From assembly GCF_009914755.1 (NCBI RefSeq), contig NC_060933.1: DNA of 64,000 nucleotides; one strand, 5' to 3'. Below are positions 1 through 14,378 of the stretch, one piece after another. Numbering within the stretch: position 1 is the first letter of the stretch; every line of letters starts with the position of its first letter. Made by a program: the position numbers and the translations under genes. The notes below the pieces were generated by a model. It searched no databases and was not told where the DNA came from. It saw nothing but the letters and a program-made list of their open reading frames with translations. Origin of the DNA: the human T2T-CHM13v2.0 reference genome, Homo sapiens.

Positions 1-1139
1 CCCACTGTGATATTGTTCCTAATATCCAAAGGTAAAGAGGATGATATTACTCCCAACAGGGGGTGTACACCCATCTTGTGATACTGTTCTTAATATTTAG
101 GGGGGAAGACAATGATAGTACTGTCCCTATCGCAGGGGTGGAAAATACCCCTTTGATATTGTTTTTAATATTTAGTGGGGGAGAGGATGATATTAATTCC
201 AATATCACAGAAGACACACCCCCTGTGATATAGTTCCTAATATCCAGGGGAAGAGAAATATGACTCATAATAAGGCGAGGGGTGTACAGCCTCTCCATAA
301 TATTGTTCCTAATATCCAGGGGGGATTAGAATGATATTACTCCCAATATCATAGAGGGCGTACAGCCCCCTGTGATATTGTTCCAAATATTTAGGTTGGG
401 GAGAGGATGATATTACTCTCAATATCTCAGAGGGTGTACACCCTTCCTGGGATATTGTTTCTAATATCAAGTGGGGGAGAGGATGATATTGCTCCCAATA
501 TTGCAGGGGGTATACACCCCCTGTTATTTTCTTCCTAATATCAAGGTTGGGAGAGAATTATATTACTGCCAATATCGCAGGAGTTGTACACTGCACCTGT
601 GGTATTACTCCTAGTATCCAGGGAAAGAGAGAATGATATTACTCCCAATAGTGGAGGAGGTGTACACACCTCTGTGAAATTGTTCCTAATATCCAGTGGG
701 TGAGACGATGATATTACTGGCAGGGGGTGTGCACCCCTTCTGTGATGTTGTATTTAATATCCAGGAGGGAGAGGATTACATTACTCCCAATATCACAGTG
801 GGTGTACACCAACTCTGTGGTATTGTTCTTAATATCCAGGGAGGGAGAGGATGATATTGCTGTCAATATAGCCAGGGGTGGACACCCCTTCTTCGATATT
901 GTTCCTAATATCCAGGGAGGAGAGCATGGTATTAATCCCAATATCGCTAGTGTATACACCCCTTTTTGATATTGTTCCTAATATCCCGGAGGAGAGTCTA
1001 TGATATTACTGGCCATATCACAGGGTGTGTTCATCACCACTGTTATATTGCTTCTTAGTTCAAACAATGAGGAAATCGATATTCCTCCCAAAATGGAATG
1101 GGCTGTACACCCCCCATGAGATATTGTTCCTAATATATC

Positions 1140-1385
1140 CCCTGGCTATTTTCGCAGGGGAATGAGGCACCTCCCGCGATACCGGGAGTAATAGCACTCC
1201 CCTCTCCCCCTTGGCTATTATGATCCACATCGCAGGGGGGTGAGGCACCCCCCGCAATATGGGGAGTAATAGCACCCCCTCTCCTGCCCTGGCTTTTACG
1301 ATCCACTTTGCAGGGGGTGAGGCACCCCCTGCGATATGGGGAGTAATAGCACCCCCCTCTTCCACCCTGGCTTTTATGATCCACA
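1140..1385. repeat. Variant satellite subunit block (78-80 bp, TGAGGCAC loop)
   Basis: About 3 copies of GCAGGGGGGTGAGGCACCCCCCGCGATATGGGGAGTAATAGCACCCCCTCTCCCCCTTGGCTATTACGATCCACATC. Confidence 0.85.
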
Positions 1386-1978
1386 GTGGACTCATAGCCT
1401 GTTAATGATATTTTGAGTAATATCATCTCCCCCTCTGGAAATCATGAACTATTTCACAGACGGGTGTACACCCTCAGTGTAAAGAGGGTGTACACCCATC
1501 TGTATTGGGAGTAATATCATCCTCTTCTTCCCTGAATATTAAGAACAGTATCACAGGAGTGTTTCTACTCCCTGCAATATTGGGTGTCATATCCTCCTCT
1601 CTCACGTTGAAATGAGAAGCAGTATCACTGGGGGCATGTACACCTTCTGTGATATTTAAAGTAATATCATCCTCTTCCCTCCAGGATCATGGGAACAATA
1701 TCCCTGGGGGGTGTACACTTTCTGTGATATATGTAGTAATATCATCCCCTCCGCCTTGGAATATTATTAAGGACCTCTCACACGGGGGTGTACAACCCTG
1801 CAGTATTGGGAATATGATTATCCTCTCACCCCCCTGCTTATTTGGAAAAATATCAGAGTGAGTGTACACTTCCTGCGATACGGGGATTAATATCCTCTTC
1901 TCCCTTTCTGGATATTAGAAACAATATCGCACGGGGGTTTACACTTTCTTCGCTATCTGGAGTAATGTCATCTTCTCC

Positions 1979-3270
<1,292 letters not shown>

Positions 3271-5119
3271 TTACGCTCTTCCCCTCTTGATATTAGGAGC
3301 AAAATCCCAGCGTGGGTGTACACCTCCTACTACATGGAAAGTAATACCGTACTCTCCCTTCGTGAATTTTAGGAACAATATCACAGGGTGGGCGTACACA
3401 GCCTGCAATATTGAAAATAATATCATCCTCTCCCCCTCTGGATATTAGGAACACTATCACAGAAGGGTTGTACACTCTCTGCGATATTGGGAGTAACATC
3501 ATGTTCGCCTTGCCTGAATATTAGGAGCAATATCCCCAGTACGCCCACTGTTATATTGGGAGTAATGTCATACTCTACCCCTTGGATATTAGGAGCAATA
3601 TCACAAAGTGGGTGTACACCCATGGCGATATTGGGGGTAATATCATGCTCTCCCTCCCTGGATATTAGGAACAATATCACAGGTGGGTGTACACCCCTTG
3701 CAGTACAAAGAATAATATTATCTTCTCTTCCTTTAGCTATTAAGAACAATATCACATGGGGGGTGTACACCCCCTGCTCTATTGGTAGTAATATCATTCT
3801 CTCTTATTCTGGATAGTAGGAAAACTATCGCAGGCGGGGTGTACAATCCCTGTGATATTGAGAGTAATATCATCCTCTCCCAACGTGGATATTAGGAACA
3901 ATATCACAGGTGGCATGTACACTTCTTCAATATTGGTAGTAATATCATCCTCTCCTCCCTGGATATAAGAAACAATATGACAGACGGGGTGGACACCCCC
4001 TGCGATATGGAGTAATATCCCACATTGGATATTAGGATCCATGGTGGACACACAGCGTGTTTACAATTTTGTGAGTAATATCTCCCCCTCTAGAAATTAC
4101 AAACAATATCAAAGACGGGCGTACACCCTCTGCAATATAAGGAGGAATATCATCCTCTCCTCCCCTGGATATTAGGAACAATATCAAAGGAGTGTTTATA
4201 ACCTCTGCAATATTGGGAGTAATATCATCCTCTCCCACGTTGAAATTAGTATCAATGGGGGCGTGTACACCCCCTGCGATATTGAAAGTAATATCATCCT
4301 CTTCCCTCCTGGATCGGGAACAATATCACTGGGGGGTGTACGCTTTCTGCGATATTGGGAGTAATATCATCTTCTCCGCCTTGGAATATTAAGGACAATA
4401 TCACGGGGGGGGTGTACATCTTCTGCAATATTGGGAATAATATTATCCTCTCTCCCCCTGCATATTAGGAAAGATATCACAGAGTGGGTGTTCACCTCCT
4501 GCGATATGGGGAGTAATATCGTCCTCTCCCCTTCTGGATATCAGGAACAGTATCACACGGGGGTGTACACTTTCTATGATATTGGGAGTAATATCAACCT
4601 CTTGGCCTTTGAATATTAGGAACAATATCACCGGGTGGATGTACACCCCCTGCCATATTGGGAGTAATATCAGCCTCTTCCCTCCATGCATATTAGGAAC
4701 AATATCCCAGGGTGGTTGTACACCTCCTGCTCTATGGGGAGTAGTGTCATCCTCTCCCTTCCAGGATATTAATAACAATATCACAGGGTGGGTGAACACA
4801 GCCTGCAATACTGGAATTATTATCATCCTCTCCCCCTCCGGATACTAGGAACAATATCACAGAAGAGGAGTACACTCCCTGCAATATTGGGAGTAATATC
4901 ACAGGCTTCTTCCGTGAATATTAGGAGCAATATCAACTGGGTGGCTGTACATTCACTGCTATGTTGGGAGTCATGTCATTCTCTACTCCCTGGATATTAG
5001 GATCAATGTCACAGGGTGAGTGTACACCTACTGCGATATTAAAACTAATATCATGCTGTCTGTCCCTGGGTATTAGGAACAATATCACAGGTAGGTATAC
5101 ACCCCCTGTGGTATTAGGA

Positions 5120-5520
5120 GTAATAATATTATTAATTATTAAACATCAATTATCAATTTTAATAATATCAATGTTAATATTAATCAATATTGTAACATTA
5201 TTAATTATTAATAATTACTTTAAATTTATTATTATGCATGAATAAAATTATTAATATTAACGTCATTTATCAATAATATTAGCTATTAATCTTGATATTA
5301 ATTATTTTATTTCCAACATTACTTATTATTGATTTAAGTAATATTAATTACTGATATCATTATTTTATTATTAATAGTGATTTAATAGTGATATGACTAT
5401 TATTAATAGTAATCATTAATATTTTTAACCAGTATTAATTTTTACTATGTTTATTGCAATTATTAATATAATGGTTACTATTAATTTTTATTATATTTAT
5501 TAATATTAATAATATAATTT
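5120..5520. repeat. AT-rich low-complexity spacer between oppositely oriented satellite blocks
   Basis: About 400 bp of almost pure A/T (ATTAAT/TATTA motifs); monomer orientation differs on either side. Confidence 0.9.
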
Positions 5521-7799
5521 TTCCTGATATCCGGAGAGGATAGGATGATCTTACTCCCAACATCACAGAAAGTGTACGCCCCTCTATGATGTTATTCCTA
5601 ATAGCCAGGGGGGGTAGAGGATGACATTATTGAGAATATCGCAGTGGGTGTACATCCCTTCAGTCATCTTGTTCCTAATATCCTGGGTGGGAGAGGATGA
5701 TATGACTCCCAATATAGCAGGGGGCATAGACCTTCCCCGTGATATTGTCCCTAACATCCAAAGGTGGAGAGGATGATATTTCTTCCAATTTCGCAGGGGG
5801 TGTACAACACCCCTGTGATATCGATCCTATTATCCTGGGGGTGAGAGGATGATATCAGTCTCAATACTGCAGGAGTTGTACAATCCCTAGTGATATTGTT
5901 CCTAACATCCAGGGATGGAGAGGATGATATCACTCCCAATATAGCAGGGGGTGTACACCCCTTCTGTGACACTGTTCCTAACAGCAAGCGGGGGAAAGGA
6001 AGATATTACCCCCAATATTGCAGGCGGTGTACACCCCCTTGTGATATTGTTCCTTATATCCTGGGAGGGAGATGATGATACTAGTGGCAATATCGCAGGG
6101 GGAGTACACACCTACTGTGATATTGTTCCGAATATCCAGAGGGGGAGAAAATAATATTACTCCCAATATCGCAGGGGGTGTACATCCTCCTGTGATGTTG
6201 TTTCTTATATTCGGGGGGAGAGGATGATATTACTCCCCCTGCATGTACACACCCCCTGCAATATTGTTCCTAATATCCCAAAGGGGAGAGCATAATATTA
6301 CTCTCAATATCTCAGGGGGTGTACACCTCCTCTGTAATAGTGTTCTTAATAGCCGTGATGGGCGAGGATGATATTACTCCCAATATCGCAAGAAGTGTAC
6401 AGCCTCCTGTGATATAGTTCCTAATATCTAGGTGGGGAGAGGATGATATTACTGCCCATATCGCACGAGTCGTAAAACCCCTTAGTTATTTTGCCTACAA
6501 TCCCGAGGGGAGAGGATGATATTACTCCCAATATCGAAGAGGGTGTACAACCTCCTGTGACATTATTCCCAATATCTACGTTGGGAGACTATGACATTAC
6601 GTCCAATATTGCAGGGGATGTACACCCACCCTGAGATATTGTTCCTTATATCGAGAGGGGGAGAGGATGATATTACTCCCAATATCGAAGGAGCTGTACA
6701 CCCCCCCTGTGATATTGTTCTTAATATCCTAGGGAAGAGAGGATGATACTACACCCAATGTCGCAGGGGGTGTACAGCCACCCAGTTAATATTGTTCTTA
6801 ATGTACTCCACCTCCCTCCACCAGGGATATTGTTCCTAATATCCAGGAGAAGAGAGGATAACATTGTGCCCAATATCGCAGGGGGTGTACACACCCTCTG
6901 TGATGTTGTTCCTAGTATCCAAAGGTAGAGACGATGATATTACTGGCCATATCGCAGGGGGTGTACACCCTTCTGTGATATTGTTTTTGATATTCAGTGG
7001 GGGAGAGGATAACACTAATCCCGATATCGCAGAAGGTGTACAGACCCCTGTGATATAGTTCCTAATGTACAGGGAAAAGAGAATAATATTACTCTCAATA
7101 TCGTAGGGGGTGTAACCCCCCCCCCCCCGTATATTGTTCCTAATATGCAGCGGGGTAGAGGCTGATATTACTCCCAATATTGCAGAAGTTGCACACACAC
7201 CTGTGATATAGTTCCTAATATCCAGTGGGAAAGAGGCTGATATTACTTTCGATATTGCAGTGGGTGTACACCCCCCGCTGTGGTATTATTCCTAATATCC
7301 AGGTGGGAAGAGGATGATATTGCTGACAATATCGAAGGGGGTGTACACCTCTTCAGTGATATGGTTCCTGATATTCAGGGGGTGAGTGGATGATATTACT
7401 CCCAATAACGTAGGAACTGTACACCCACCCTTTGATTTTGTCCTTAATAACCACATGGGGAGAGGTGATATTACTCCCAATATTGCAAGGGGTGTACACC
7501 CCACCCGTGATATTGTTTCTTATATCCAGGAAAGGAGAAGATGGTATTACTACCAATATTGAAGAGATGTACAGCCCCCCCATGGGATATCGTTCTAAAT
7601 ATACAGGTTGAAAGAGGATGAGATTACTCCCAATATAACAAGGAGTGTACACCCCGCCTGTGATATGAATCATAAAATCTAGAAGAGGAGAGAATGACAT
7701 TGCTTACAAAAATACACGGGGTGTACACCCCCCCGTGATATGGTTCCTATCATCTAAAGGAAGAGATGATGATAGTACTCCCAATACCGCAGAAGATGG

Positions 7800-7940
7800 A
7801 CATCCCGCGATATGGGGAGTAATAGCACCCCCTCTCCCTCCCTGGCTATTACGATCCACATCGCAGGGGGGTGAGGCACCCCCCGCGATATGGGGAGTAA
7901 TAGCACCCCCCTCTCCCCCCTTGGCTATTACGATCCACGG
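7800..7940. repeat. Variant satellite subunit block (second copy)
   Basis: About 2 copies of the variant unit, followed by CCACGGTGGACTCATTGCCTGTTAA, paralogous to 1381-1405. Confidence 0.85.
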
Positions 7941-10421
7941 TGGACTCATTGCCTGTTAACGATATTTCGAGTAATATCATCTCCCCCTCTGGAAATTATG
8001 AACTATTTCACAGACGGGTGTACACCCTTTGTAGTTTTGGCAGTAATATCATACTCTCCCTCCCTAAATATTAAGAACAGTATCCCAGGAGTATTTCTAC
8101 TCCCTGCGATATTTGGTGTCATATCCTCCTCTCCCACGTTGAAATGAGAAACAATATCACTGGGGGCGTGTACACCTTCTGTGATATTTAAAGTAGTATC
8201 ATCCTCTTCTCTCCTGGATCATGGGAACAATAATCACTGGAGCGTGTAGACTTGCTGCGATATATGTATTAATATAATCCCCTCCGCCTTTGCATATTAA
8301 GAACAACCTCACACGGGGGTGTACAACACCTGCGATATTGGGAATATTATTATCCTCTCACCCCCCTGCATATTAGGAAAAACATCAGAGTGAGTGTACA
8401 CCTCCTGGGATATGGGAATTAATATCCTCTTCTCCCCTTCTGGGTATTATGAACAATATCACGCTAGGGTTTACACTTTCTTCGATATCTGGAGTAATGT
8501 CATCCTCTCCTTTTTTGAATGGCAAGAAGAATATCACAGGGAGGATGTACACCCCCTGAGATATTGGGAGTAATATTATGTTCTCCCCCAACTTGATATT
8601 AGGAACAAAATCCCAGCGTGGTTGTACACCTCCTACTATATGGAAAGTAATATCCTCTCCCTTCCTGGATTTTAGTAACAATATCACAGGGTGGGTGTAC
8701 ACAGCCTGCGATATTGAAAGTAATATCATCCTGTACCCCTCCGGATATTAGGAACAATATCACAGAAGGATTGTACGCTGTCTTCGATATTGGGAGTAAT
8801 ATCATTTTCGCCTTCCATGAATATTAGGAGCAATATCCCCGGGTGGATGTACACCCACTGTTATATTGGGAGTAATGTCATACTCTACCCCTTGGATATT
8901 AGGAGCAATATCACAAAGTGGGTGTACACCCACGGCGATATTGGGGGTAATATCATGCTCTCCCTCCCTGGATATTAGGAACAATATCACAGGTGGGTGT
9001 ACACCCCCTGCAGAATAAGGAATAATATTATCTTCTCTTCCTTTAGCTATTAAGAACAATATCACATGGGAGGGGTACGCCCCCTGCTCTATTGGGAGTA
9101 ATTTCATTCTCTCTCATTCTGGATAGTAGGAATAATATTCCAGGCGGGGTGTACAACCCCTGTGATATTGAGAGTAATATCATCCTCTCCCAAAGTGGAT
9201 TTTAGGAACAATATCACAGGGGGCATGTACACTTCTTCGATGTTGGTAGTAATATCATCTTCTCCCCCCGGATATAAGAAACAATATGACACGCCCTGCG
9301 ATGTGGGGAGTAATATCGCTTCCTGGATATTATGATCCATGGTGAACACACAGCGTGTTTATGATATTGTGAGTAATATCATCTCCCTCTCTAGAAATTA
9401 CGAACAATATCAAAGACGGGTGTACACCCTCGGCAATATAGGGAGGAATATCATCCTCTCCCCTCCTGGATATTAGGAATAATATCAAAGGAGTGTTTAT
9501 AACCCCTGAGATACTGGGAGTAATATCATCCTCTCCCACATTGAAATTAGGAACAGTGTCCCTGGAGGCATGTACACCCCCCGCGATATTGAAAGTAACA
9601 CCTTCTGCCCTCTGGATCATGGGAACAATATCACTGGGGGGCGTATACTTTCTGGGATATTGGGAGTAATAACATCCTCTCCGCCTTGGAATATTAAGGA
9701 CAATATCACAGGGGGGTGTACATCTTCTGCAATATTGGGAACAATAGTATCCTCTCTCCCCCTGCATATTAGGAAAGATATCACAGAGTGGGTGTTCACC
9801 TCCTGTGATAGGAGGACTAATATCATCTTCTCCCCTTCTGGATATCAGGAACAATATCACACGGGGGTGTACACTTTCTATGATATTGGGAGTAATATCA
9901 ACCTCTCGGCCTTTGACTATCAAGAACAATATCACCAGGTGGATGTACACCCCCTGCCATATTGGGAGTAATATCAGCCTCTTCCCTCCATGCATATTAG
10001 GAACAATATCCCAGGGTGGTTGTACACCTCCTGCTCTATGGGGAGTAATATCATCCTCTCCCTTCCAGGATATTAATAACAATATCACAGGGTGGGTGAA
10101 CACAGCCTGCAATAGTGGAATTATTATCATCCTCTCCCCCTCCGGATACTAGGAACAATATCACAGAAGAGGTGAACACTCCCTGCAATATTGGGAGTAA
10201 TATCATACTCTTCTTTCGTGAATATTAAGAGCAATATCACTGGGTGGCTGTACATTCACTGCTATGTTGGGAGTCATGTCATACTCTATCCCCTGGATAT
10301 TAGGATCAATGTCACAGGGTGAGTGTACACCTACTGCGATATTAAAACTAATATCATGTTCTCCATCCCTGGATATTACGAACAATATCACTGGTAGGTG
10401 TACACCCCCTGAAGTATTAGG

Positions 10422-10785
10422 AGTAATATTATTATTATTAACCATCAATGATCAATTTTAATAATATCAATGTTAATATTAATTACTAGTATATTATTAA
10501 TGATTAGTAATTATTTTAATTACATTCTGTATGACTTTAAATATTAATATTAGTCATCAAAACATTAATTATTAATCTTAATATTAAATATTATTTTATT
10601 ATCAATGTTATTTATTGATTTAAGTAACATTAATTACTGATATTATTTTATTAATAATGATATCGCTATTAATAGTAATCACTAATATTTATAATCAATA
10701 TTAATTTTACTATCATTATAATTATTAATATCAAAGATTACTATTAGTTTTTATTATATTTATTAATATTAATAATTAATATTAT
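10422..10785. repeat. AT-rich spacer (paralog of 5120-5520)
   Basis: Shares ATCAATTTTAATAATATCAATGTTAATATTAAT and other runs with the first spacer; same orientation switch. Confidence 0.9.
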
Positions 10786-11502
10786 TCTTCCTGATACCCG
10801 GTGGCAAGGGGATGATATTACTCCCAATATCGCAGAAAGTGTACACCCCTCTATGATGTTATTTCTAATAGTCAGGGGGTAGAGGATGACATTACTCAAA
10901 ATATCGCTGTGGGTGTACATCCCTTCGGTCATCTTCTTCCTAATACCCTGGGTAGGAGAGGATGATATTACTCCCAATATCGCAGGGGGCGTAGACCTCC
11001 CCTCTGATATTGTCCCTAATATCCAAAGATGGAGAGGATGATATTTCTTCCAATTTCGCAGGGGGTGTACACCACCCCTGTGATATTGTTCCTAAAATCC
11101 AGGGGGCGAGAGGATGATATTAGTCTCAATATCGCAGGAGGTGTACGCTCCCTAGTGATATTGTTCCTAATATCCAGGGACGGAGAGGATGATATCACTC
11201 CCAATATAGCAGGGGGTGTAACACCCCTTCTGTGATATTGCTCCTAATTTCCAGAAGGTAGAGTGTGATGTTCCTCCCAATATAGTAGTGGGTGTACCCC
11301 CGGCCTGTGATATTTCTCCGAATATTCAGGGAAACACAGGATGATAAACCCCAAATCTCGCAGAGTGTACACCCATTGTGTAATATTGTTCCTAATATAC
11401 GAAGGTGGAGAGGATGATATTAGTTTCAATATCGCACGCTGTGTACACACACCTTGTGAAATTGTTCCTAATATCCAGGAGGAAAGAGAATGCTATTAAT
11501 CG

Positions 11503-11898
11503 ACGTTCCACATCGCGGAGGGTGCCTCATCCCCCGCGATATGGGGAGTAATAGCAGCCCCCTCTCCCCACCTGGCTATTACGATCCACATCTCAGAAGG
11601 GTGAGGCACTTCTTGCGATATGGGGAGTAATCGCGCCCCCCTCTCCCCCTCTGGCTGTTACGATCCACATCTCAGCGGGGTGAGGCACCCCTCTGCGATA
11701 TGGGGAGTAATAGCACCCCACTCTGCCCCCCTGGCTGCTACGATCCACATCGCGGGGGTGTGAGGCACCCCCGGCGATATGGGATGTAATAGCACCCCCC
11801 TCTCCCCTGCTGGCTGTTACGATTCACATCGTGGGGGAGTTAGGCACCCCCCGCGATATGGGGAGTAATAGCACCCCCGTCTCCCACCCTGGCTGTTA
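11503..11898. repeat. Variant satellite subunit block, 5 x ~79 bp, CpG-rich
   Basis: ATGGG(G/A)..GTAAT recurs at 11541, 11620, 11700, 11779 and 11858 (period 79-80). Confidence 0.9.
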
Positions 11899-13896
11899 AT
11901 CCCCATCAGATGGGCAGTTTGCAAATATTTCCTCCCATTCTATCAGATGTCACTTCAATTCGTTGATGGATTTTTTTGCTTTGCTGTGCAGAACCTTTTT
12001 GTTTTGGTTGCTTGTGCTTGTGGAGTATTACTGAAAAAATGTTTGCCCAGACTAATGTCTTGTAGAGTTTCCTCAGTGCTTTCTTTTAGTAGTTTCATGG
12101 TTTGAGGTCTTAGATTTAAGTCTTTAATCCATTTTGATTTGACTTTTTGTGTATGATGAGAGATAGGGGTCTAGTTTCATTCTTCTGCATATGGGAATCC
12201 AGTTTTCCCAGCACCATTTATTGAAGACACCGTCCTTTCCCTAATGTAAGTTCTTGGCATCTTTGTTGAAAATGAGTTCACCATAGATGTATGGATTTAT
12301 TTCTGGGTTCTCTATTCTGTTCCATTGGTCCATGTGTTTGTTTTTATGTCAGTATCATGCTATTTTGGTTAGCATAACTCTGTAATACAATTTGAAGTCA
12401 GGTAATGTGATTCCATCAGTTTTGTTCTTTTTGTTCAGGATAGCTTTGGCTATTCTGGGTCTTCTGCGGTTCCATATAAATTTTAGGATAGCTTTTTCTA
12501 TCTCTTGAAGAATGTCACTGGTATTTTGACAGGGATTGCATTGAATCTGTAGATTGCTTTGGGTAAGATGAACATTTTAATAACATTGATTCTGCCAATC
12601 CATGAACATGGAATATCTTTCCATTTTTTGGTGTCATTTTCAGTTTGTTGCATCAATGTTCTATAGTTTTCATTGTAGAAATCTTTTACTTCTTTCATTT
12701 AGCTAATTCCTAGGTATCTTATTTTATTTGTAGCTATTATAAATGGGATGAGTTTCTTGATTTCTTTTTCATATTGTTCATTGTTGGCATCTAGACATGC
12801 TACTGATATATGTATATTGATTTTGTATCCTGCAACTGTACTGAATTTGTTCATCAATTCTGATAGAATTGGTGGAGTCTTTAGGTTTTACCAAATATTA
12901 ATATAAGATCATGTCATCTGCAAACAATGATAATTTGCCTTCTTCCTCTCCAATTTGGATGCCCTTTGTTTCTTTCTCTTGTCTGCTTGCTCTAGCTAGG
13001 ACCTCCTGTACTATGTTGAATAGCAGTGATGAAAATGGTCATTCTTGTCTTTTTCCAGATCTTATGGTCAGACCGGCTTTCAGTTTTTCCCTGTTTAGTA
13101 TGATACCAGTTGTGGGTCTGTCATATATGGTTTTTATTGTGTTGAGGTATATCCTTCTATACCCAGTTTTTTCAGCGTTTTAATCATGCAGGGATGTTGA
13201 ATTTTATCAAATGCCTATTCAGCATCAATTGAAATGATTATGTAGGTTTTGTTCTTCATTGTGTCTATATGATTTATGACTGATTGATTTGCATATATTG
13301 AACAATCCTTGCATTCTTGGGAAAATCCCAGTTGATCATGATGAATTACATTTTTAATGTATTATTGACTACTGGTTGTTAATATTTTGTTCAGGATCTT
13401 TGCATTGATATTCATCAGGGATATTGGCCTGTAGTTTTCTTTTTTTAATGTATTTTTGTCTGGTTGTGGTATCAGGATAATACTGGCCTTGAGAAATGAG
13501 TTTGGAAGTATTCCTTCCTCTGTTTTTTTGAAATAGTTTGAGTAGAATTCCTATTAGTTATTCTCTAAATGTTTGGTAAAATTCAGCAGTGAAGCCACTG
13601 AGTCCCAGGCTTTTCTTTGCTGGGAGACATTTTATTACAGCTTCAATCTCATTACTTGTTATTGGTCTCTTCAGATTTTGGATTTCTTTATGGTTCAATC
13701 TTGGTAGATTGTATGCATTTAGGGATTTACCCATTTCTTCTAGGTTCTTTAATTATTGGCATATAGCTGCTCATAGCAGCCTCTAATGATTCTTTGAATT
13801 TCTGCAGCCTCACTTATACTGTCTCCTTATTCATCTATAATTTTATGTACTTGGGTCTTCTCTCTTTTTTTCTTAGTATTGCTAAAGATTTGTTGA

Positions 13897-14378
<482 letters not shown>

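Noticed and set aside
9330-10130. 266-aa ORF and many similar ORFs (ILFLISRGGEDDITPNIAGGVHP repeats)
   Set aside because: Translation of a ~75-bp (multiple of 3) satellite unit. Such ORFs occur in several frames on both strands and are broken in paralogous copies.
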